24,000 nt of DNA. It comes from Syntrophomonadaceae bacterium (GTDB lineage: Bacteria > Bacillota > DSM-12270 > Thermacetogeniales > Thermacetogeniaceae). The position numbers were made by a program, and so were the translations under genes. Where the stretch lies: NCBI GenBank assembly GCA_012840385.1, contig DULK01000096.1, positions 6,354 to 30,353 of the forward strand. Reading direction: 5' to 3'. Position 1 is the stretch's first letter, and every line of letters starts with the position of its first letter. This document shows positions 7,559 through 12,948 of the stretch, piece by piece. The notes below the pieces were generated by a model. The model had not been told where the DNA came from. It saw only the letters and a list, made by a program, of their open reading frames with translations, and ran no database searches.

Positions 7559-7954
7559 GGTCGGCGATTCAGCACGTTCAACGAAACGGGGCTGACATCA
7601 AGCGGTGCAAGACTTTTTACTCCGTGCCCCGTCCGGCCAGCCCGGATTGAGCAGTGGTCAGCTGCCGGTCGGATTAGCTTCTGCCGGCCAGCAGATGTTA
7701 TTGAGGTCACGGTGGTTGGACCCGGTGCCCGGGAGCTGCCGGTTTCCGGCCTCCGCAGACTGTGCGCGGGTCCTTTTGGGCGCGAAGATTTCAGGAGCCC
7801 GCCGCACAGACTGCTCCAGCCACCGGCAGCGCCAGGCCTCCGAGAGGAGCTATGCTGTAGAAAAATTATTTCTTTAAAAAAATTGCCGCCCATTTGCCGC
7901 CCAAATTTGCACATTCTTGCTAATCAGCAACAGCTAGCTTTAATGCGATTTTCG

Positions 7955-8013
7955 GACTTAAAATCCCTCGGTCTCTCGGGACCGTACCGGTTCAAGTCCG
8001 GTCTCCGGCACCA
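7955..8013 (+). pseudogene. 3' fragment of tRNA-Leu(UAA), anticodon loop to CCA; candidate att (direct-repeat) site
   Basis: All parts of the 3' half can be read. The anticodon loop is CTTAAAA. The long variable arm is GGTC-tctcgg-GACC. The T-arm is ACCGG-TTCAAGT-CCGGT. The acceptor 3' strand CTCCGGC is followed by discriminator A and CCA (8011-8013). The matching 5' acceptor strand GCCGGAG and a D-arm are absent upstream. Confidence 0.6.
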
Positions 8014-8075
8014 GGAATATATGTACGGTTTCCGTATCCAGATAAATGAAGGAGTTAGCGACCATAACCAACATG

Positions 8076-8111
8076 AAAATCTCCCCTATAAAAGCAAGAG
8101 GGAGATTTTTT
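8076..8111. terminator. hairpin terminator between the tRNA-Leu fragment (+) and the AbrB-like gene (-)
   Basis: AAAATCTCCC (8076-8085) pairs with GGGAGATTTT (8100-8109) around a 14-nt loop. A T-run follows on the + strand. The hairpin lies 16 nt beyond the stop of the minus-strand ORF at 8127. Confidence 0.6.
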
Positions 8112-8126
8112 ATTGCCTGTTGCGCG

Positions 8127-8438
8127 TCAAAGTGGGCGGAATCCTTCTTCAGATTCTTTATTCAAAAAGTATTTCCAGGTGGTACGCGAATTTTGCGACC
8201 AGCTTTCTTGAGCATTTCTCCTTTCACTCTCATGGCGCGGGGAGTGAGAGATGGTAATGCTGTTAAGGATTGTTTCTGTTGTTTCGATTAAATGGCCGTC
8301 CTGGTAGCGCGACCTCCTGAGTTCTGCGCGGGGAATGACGACAGTTACTTCGTGAGGTACGGGAATTGTGGAAAGACGCTGTACTTTCATTGTCACATCA
8401 GCGATAATAACACTGATCTCATCCTTTTGAAGGGGCAT
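8127..8438 (-). CDS. hypothetical protein with possible AbrB/MazE/SpoVT-type (swapped-hairpin) DNA-binding region
   Basis: A good RBS (GAGGAAAG) lies 3 nt upstream of the ATG at 8438. The segment HEVTVVIPRAELRRSRYQDGHLIE resembles the AbrB/MazE 'vvIP.elRr.l.l..Gd.l' motif. The C-terminal 40 aa are low-complexity, and the match is weak. Confidence 0.4.
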   Translation of the reverse strand: MPLQKDEISVIIADVTMKVQRLSTIPVPHEVTVVIPRAELRRSRYQDGHLIETTETILNSITISHSPRHESERRNAQESWSQNSRTTWKYFLNKESEEGFRPL

Positions 8439-8571
8439 AATCTTTCCTCAACCCCCATTTTCTAGGCGCTAATATTTAATATAATATATGAAGTTCGGGT
8501 CTACAAAGGTATTGGTCAAATCGAAGGGCCCTTTTTATTTATCAGAGCGGGTTGGAGAATGAGGTGGTTTC

Positions 8572-9222
8572 GTGAACTGGATTGACATTACGCTGCCGAT
8601 GCGGGAGGATTATCCGTGCTGGCCCGGTGACGTTCCCTTTCAGCGAAGGGTCAATGCGGTGATCGGAAAAGAGGAGGCCGAATTTAACCTCTCCAGTATC
8701 TGCACAAGCCTGCACTTTGGAACCCACGTCGACGCCCCCTATCACTTCAGAATTGACGGAAAAGGGGTCGAGGAAATCGATTTGAACTTGCTAATAGGCC
8801 CCTGCCGTGTTGTGGAAGTAGAAAGGGTGGAGGGTAATATCAGCATAGAAGATTTAAAAGAAAAAGTCCCTCCTGGCACCGTCAGGCTGCTGGTGAAGAC
8901 GGCCAATTCCCGCCGCATACACGACCGGGAATTTCATCATGACTATATTGCTTTTTCTCCAGAATCCATACGGTGGTTGCTGGGCCAGGGTGTAAGACTT
9001 TTGGGTATCGATTATTATTCCATCGGTCCCTTCACGAGCGAAGGCAGCTTAGTGCACCGTCTTTTCTTTCAGAACAATGACACTGTTGCATTGGAGGCCG
9101 TGGATTTAACGGCGGTAAAACCCGGTGAGTACCAGCTAATTTGTCTTCCCCTGAAGGTTTCCGGGGCGGATGGAGCACCGGCCAGGGTGCTGCTGGGAAA
9201 GCCGGCTGGCAGCCTGACATAG
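8572..9222 (+). CDS. cyclase family protein / kynurenine formamidase-like (arylformamidase)
   Basis: The start is GTG, with RBS GAGGTGG upstream. The metal-binding signature of the putative-cyclase family, HFGTHVDAPYHF, is present. The length of 216 aa is typical for the family. Confidence 0.85.
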   Translation: MNWIDITLPMREDYPCWPGDVPFQRRVNAVIGKEEAEFNLSSICTSLHFGTHVDAPYHFRIDGKGVEEIDLNLLIGPCRVVEVERVEGNISIEDLKEKVPPGTVRLLVKTANSRRIHDREFHHDYIAFSPESIRWLLGQGVRLLGIDYYSIGPFTSEGSLVHRLFFQNNDTVALEAVDLTAVKPGEYQLICLPLKVSGADGAPARVLLGKPAGSLT

Positions 9223-9304
9223 TTGCAAGGGTAAAAATGTTTTCGGAAGGAAATACTGCGGGATAAATAACGATAGGTAACGGGATGCGGGAGGTCCTTA
9301 AAAA

Positions 9305-10423
9305 ATGCCCCAACAGAGGATTTGTGTGATCGGCGGTGGCCCTGCCGGCCTGGCCGCGGCACTGGAAGGCGCCAGGTTAGGGCTCAAGGTAGACCTGCTG
9401 GAGAGAAACCGGATCGGAGCGAATATAAGGTGTGCCGAAGGTTTCTATGACTCCTTGCGTTTGCTGGGTAAACCCCGGGCCGGATTACGGTTTAAAGTTC
9501 AAGAGGCTGTGCTGAAGGTTCAGAGGGAGTATAAGGTGGACTGCAGGAAGATCGATCTCTGGATGATCGACCGTTCCGAATGGCAGCGTTCCTTGGCGGA
9601 TCAGGCCTGGGAAGCAGGAGCAAGGATCCTGGAAAATATGCGGGTAACGGTTGATACCCTCCGGGATCTGCAGAGGGAATATGATTGGATTATTGACTCC
9701 AGCGGGGTGCCTTCCGTTACCTCTCTTTTGTACGGGTTTAGGGATTATTATCGTCGTTACGGGGCCGTTACCGCTCAATATGTTGTGGAGGGAGATTTTT
9801 CAAAACTTGGGGAGCGCCTCAAGTTTGTTCTGTTTCCCTATTATGCCGGGTATTACTGGATCTTTCCCAAGGGCCGCGACGCCACAGGTCGTGAGACTGC
9901 CAATGTCGGAATCGGGTATTTTCCTTCCAAGCGTGGGAGGGAAAAACGGGGCGATATCTTATGGGAAGAACTGAATAATGTTCTCGAAAGGGAAAAAATC
10001 GAGGGAAAAATTATCAGGCGTCTTGGGGGATTGGCGCCGGTAAAATTGCGGGAGCAGCTCCGGTATGGAAATATCCTCCTGGTAGGAGATGCGGCGGGGT
10101 GTGCCTCACCACTGCATGGAGGGGGGATCGACACCGCCTATGTGACCGGGCAGCTGGCAGCAAGATGGATTGCCTCCAGCCGGGAATATGACTTTTCGCA
10201 CGAGGTTTGGCGCCTCTTGAGGCGGAAGCTCGAAGTTGAAGAGCGTCTCTGCCGGCTGTGGGAACGGCTGGACGCGGATACCCTCGATCACTTTGCCGGA
10301 TTGATAGCTCGTGATTACAGGAGCATCGGCATCGGGTGGTTTGCCACGCATATCCGGATGCTCTTGGGCAATCTTGGAACGGGTATCCGCTTTCGATCCG
10401 GGTTGCTCAAGGGCAAATGGTAA
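9305..10423 (+). CDS. NAD(P)/FAD-dependent oxidoreductase, geranylgeranyl-reductase-like family
   Basis: The N-terminus carries the Rossmann motif ICVIGGGPAGLAAALEGARLGLKVDLLER. The LLVGDAAGCASPLHGGGIDTA (GDAAG) motif is present. RBS GGGAGG lies upstream. Confidence 0.8.
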   Translation: MPQQRICVIGGGPAGLAAALEGARLGLKVDLLERNRIGANIRCAEGFYDSLRLLGKPRAGLRFKVQEAVLKVQREYKVDCRKIDLWMIDRSEWQRSLADQAWEAGARILENMRVTVDTLRDLQREYDWIIDSSGVPSVTSLLYGFRDYYRRYGAVTAQYVVEGDFSKLGERLKFVLFPYYAGYYWIFPKGRDATGRETANVGIGYFPSKRGREKRGDILWEELNNVLEREKIEGKIIRRLGGLAPVKLREQLRYGNILLVGDAAGCASPLHGGGIDTAYVTGQLAARWIASSREYDFSHEVWRLLRRKLEVEERLCRLWERLDADTLDHFAGLIARDYRSIGIGWFATHIRMLLGNLGTGIRFRSGLLKGKW

Positions 10424-10425
10424 GG

Positions 10426-11400
10426 TTAATATTCGGGATCCGGGAGGGGGATAATTCCTCCCTTTTCTTGCAGCAATTTATAGGTCTTTTCATCCACTTT
10501 TCCTGTAACGGGCAGGCCGTATGCTGCCTGAAAGGAACGAACCCCGAGGTCGGTCAGATTACCATACCAGCTATCGCAGAGGTAGGGGTAGAACCCCAGT
10601 TGCTTTAGAGACATCTGAACGTATACGACATCGGGGCCGCAATTCCCCCGTGAAAGCAGGCGGTTCCAGGTTTTTGCCATCCAGTGGGGAGGGCCCACAA
10701 TTTTCACCCGGGTTCCAACCGGTGCCCAGTCATAAAGCTGAATGACATCTTCGTTGTACATCCTGATACAACCCGCCGATACTGCATCCCCGATGGACCA
10801 GGGCTTGTTTGTTCCGTGTATTCCATAAATTCCCCAGGGGACGTTGAGGCCGAGCCAGCGAACACCAAAGCCACCCTCACAGTTTGCGTCTTTATCGATA
10901 ATCATCCAGTCCCCGACCGGTGAGGGTGTTGAGAGTTTGCCTACGGCAACGGGAAACCGGCGATAGATCCGGTCTCCGTCCATTACTGTTAACGTTCTTT
11001 TTTCTGTGTCCACAATAATGCTGACCGGTCCCTGTGGCGGTGCGGTAGCCGGAGAGCTAACAGGTCGCTCGCATCCTTTGGAGAGAGTTGCCCATGTGAT
11101 ATCGGTTACCCGGGGTGTGGGAGATAAATGGTTTTTCTTATGAAAGTTGAGTACCGCTGCAGCCGTGCTCGTACCGTAAACCCCGTCACAGGCACCATTG
11201 TAAAATCCCAGTTGTTTGAGACGTTTCTGGAGTTCGAGAACGTCGTCGCCCCGCATGTACGGGCTGGTTATGTATAATTCTCTATCTGCATCGGAGCAAT
11301 GCATCCTTTGGGAATAAGCGTTTTCTGGTGTAAGCAAGCAGAACAGAATGGCCGTAACGATTAGAAAATGCTTGTACCCATGATTATGATCGCCAAACAT
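10426..11400 (-). CDS. L,D-transpeptidase (YkuD domain) with two peptidoglycan-binding (PG_binding_1-like) repeats
   Basis: The catalytic motif is GIHGTNKPWSIGDAVSAGCIRM. PG-binding repeats are LKQLGFYNGACDGVYG and LKQLGFYPYLCDSWYG. A signal-anchor-like N-terminus is present. I prefer the ATG at 11400 (G-rich RBS upstream) over the GTG at 11415 given in the ORF track. Confidence 0.85.
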   Translation of the reverse strand: MFGDHNHGYKHFLIVTAILFCLLTPENAYSQRMHCSDADRELYITSPYMRGDDVLELQKRLKQLGFYNGACDGVYGTSTAAAVLNFHKKNHLSPTPRVTDITWATLSKGCERPVSSPATAPPQGPVSIIVDTEKRTLTVMDGDRIYRRFPVAVGKLSTPSPVGDWMIIDKDANCEGGFGVRWLGLNVPWGIYGIHGTNKPWSIGDAVSAGCIRMYNEDVIQLYDWAPVGTRVKIVGPPHWMAKTWNRLLSRGNCGPDVVYVQMSLKQLGFYPYLCDSWYGNLTDLGVRSFQAAYGLPVTGKVDEKTYKLLQEKGGIIPLPDPEY

Positions 11401-11516
11401 GAGATACCCCCCCACTTAATTTTATTGTTTCATGTTCTTTTTATACGGTGAGAGAACCGGGAGGAAACAGATCCAAAATGGTGATTTTGAAAAACTAAAA
11501 TTTGCCGGGTTTGCAC

Positions 11517-11545
11517 TTGACCAAACGCTTAATAATAGTTATAAT
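11517..11545 (+). promoter_or_regulatory. sigma-A-type promoter for tRNA-Val
   Basis: TTGACC (11517-11522), a 17-nt spacer and TATAAT (11540-11545) end 16 nt upstream of the tRNA 5' end. Confidence 0.55.
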
Positions 11546-11561
11546 TCTAACCGTAGATAGT

Positions 11562-11636
11562 GGGCGCGTAGCTCAGTGGGAGAGCACCTCCTTGACGCGG
11601 AGGGGGTCATAGGTTCAATCCCTATCGCGCCCACCA
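11562..11636 (+). tRNA. tRNA-Val (anticodon GAC), CCA encoded
   Basis: The cloverleaf can be read by eye. The acceptor stem is GGGCGCG/CGCGCCC. The D-arm is TAGCTCAGTGGGAGAGC. The anticodon stem CCTCC/GGAGG has loop TTGACGC. The T-arm is TAGGTTCAATCCCTA. Discriminator A and CCA close the molecule. Confidence 0.9.
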
Positions 11637-12124
11637 TTTTTATTGCCTGAAAGCCTTGGGAAACAAGGGATTGCGGAAATTTAATTAAGTTGAAATCGGG
11701 GGTCAATGAAAGTTCCGCAAGTATCCCTAAAAATCCTGTAATATCAATGAGTTTCCCTCAATCACCACCTCAAGTGGGTGACAAAGTGGGTGACAGAACA
11801 AGACTGCAAGCAAAGAATGCTGCAGTTTATTATTTTCTATAACATAAATCTTTAACATAAAGGGCTGAAAAGAACGCGTGTTCTCATATAATCTGTTTAG
11901 GTGGGAGCTGGAGGATTATGGCAAGGGGTGAGGAGAATAAAAACCCCTTGCCGGGGGACTTCAATAGTTTAAATCTATTAATATTTCCTGATGAATAAAG
12001 AAAAAGATATGTATATCATTGCTGCCCCTACTTTCAGCAAAGAGGGTATATTATGTTACAATGGATATGAAAAGCGTCGCAAAGGCATTGTGTTGTACAG
12101 TTAAGCAGCGGCGCTCCCAAAGAT

Positions 12125-12161
12125 CCCCGGCATCGGTATTATGCTTGGGGGTTTTTGTTTT
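12125..12161 (+). terminator. plus-strand intrinsic terminator with no annotated gene upstream
   Basis: The hairpin is CCCC-g-GCAT / loop cggtatt / ATGC-tt-GGGG and is followed by GTTTTTGTTTT. The orientation is + only, because the T-run lies on that side. Confidence 0.4.
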
Positions 12162-12255
12162 AAACAAAAAATAGCGACCGAGAAGTAAATATGACTATCT
12201 CTACCTACACAGGGCTGTTCTGTTTCTGACAGGTGTTCCAGGACATCGTTGTTGG

Positions 12256-12948
12256 CTATGTGACCGGTACCAAGCGGTAGCCGATTCCAGGTTCAGTTAT
12301 AATATACCGGGGCCGGGTTGGGTCGGGTTCGATTTTACGGCGAAGCTGGCCGATATAAACGCGCAGGTAATGAGTTTCTTCCTGGTACTCTGGCCCCCAA
12401 ATAGTACGTAGAAGCTGGCGGTGGGTCAGCACCCGCCCAGCATGGATGGCTAAATTTTTCAGGATCTCGTACTCCGTCGGAGTCAGTTTTACCTCTCGTC
12501 CCTCAACCTTCACAAGGTGGTGGGCCAGGTCAATGGTCAGCCCGCCAATGGTAAGCACCGGTTCATCTTCGGTTTTAGCTGCGTGCCGCAGTGCAACCCG
12601 CATCCGGGCCAGGAGCTCTCCCATGCTGAATGGTTTGGTGACATAGTCATCGGCACCGGAGTCCAGGGCTTTAATTTTATCATTCTCTTGCTCCCGTACA
12701 GAAAGAATGATGATTGGTGCCTGGGACCATTCCCGCAGGCGTTTGATTACTTCCAAACCGTCCAGGTCAGGTAAACCCAGGTCGAGGATAATCAAATCCG
12801 GGTGAAAGACAGCGGCCTGCTGCAGCCCCTCCTGCCCTGAAGAGGCCTCGGCAGGCTCATAACCGTGAGCCGCCAGGGCTACTTTTAACAGGCGGCGGAT
12901 CGGGGGTTCATCGTCAATGATGAGGATACGGGCACCTTTAGCTGTCAC
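12256..12948 (-). CDS. kdpE: KdpE, OmpR-family response regulator of the kdp operon
   Basis: The receiver domain reads ILIIDDEPPIRR...DLIILDLGLPDLDG...YVTKPF. The winged-helix output domain reads LTPTEYEILKNL...GYRL. I prefer the GTG at 12948 (RBS GAGGAGG 8 nt upstream; 230 aa). The ORF-track ATG at 12996 would give 246 aa. Confidence 0.9.
   Translation of the reverse strand: MTAKGARILIIDDEPPIRRLLKVALAAHGYEPAEASSGQEGLQQAAVFHPDLIILDLGLPDLDGLEVIKRLREWSQAPIIILSVREQENDKIKALDSGADDYVTKPFSMGELLARMRVALRHAAKTEDEPVLTIGGLTIDLAHHLVKVEGREVKLTPTEYEILKNLAIHAGRVLTHRQLLRTIWGPEYQEETHYLRVYIGQLRRKIEPDPTRPRYIITEPGIGYRLVPVT

Noticed and set aside
6712-7914. 400-aa minus-strand ORF, the longest ORF in the GC-rich block
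   Set aside because: The sequence is Arg/Pro/Gly/Ala-rich with no recognisable motif and no RBS. It runs antisense through the well-supported SWIM gene and through its terminator. This is typical of a stop-codon-poor shadow ORF in high-GC DNA.
7880-8013. Possibility of a complete tRNA-Leu gene here
   Set aside because: The 3' acceptor strand CTCCGGC requires GCCGGAG about 80 nt upstream, and that sequence is absent. No D-arm (GCTCAGTTGG or GGCGGAAT-like) and no 5' anticodon-stem strand are present either. Only the 3' half is real.
7712-8257. 181-aa plus-strand ORF spanning the island junction
   Set aside because: It reads straight through the tRNA-Leu fragment and the 8076-8111 terminator hairpin. 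Composition changes abruptly along its length, and it has no RBS.
8468-8481. Exact 14-mer GCTAATATTTAATA shared with 22774-22787, in both cases upstream of minus-strand genes
   Set aside because: About 3x10^8 same-strand position pairs exist in 24 kb, against 4^14 (about 2.7x10^8) possible words. One exact 14-mer match is therefore expected by chance, and more so for AT-rich promoter-like sequence. It may simply be two -10-like elements.
10421-10428. Convergent oxidoreductase and L,D-transpeptidase genes whose stop codons lie 2 nt apart, with no terminator between them
   Set aside because: The arrangement is real but common in compact genomes, and nothing in the sequence suggests a special function.
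12061-12174. 37-aa ORF (MDMKSVAKALCC...) between the orphan promoter and terminator
   Set aside because: It has no RBS at a usable distance, and the ORF runs through the terminator hairpin and T-tract. A non-coding transcript, if any, is more likely. I kept it only as part of the finding on the region.
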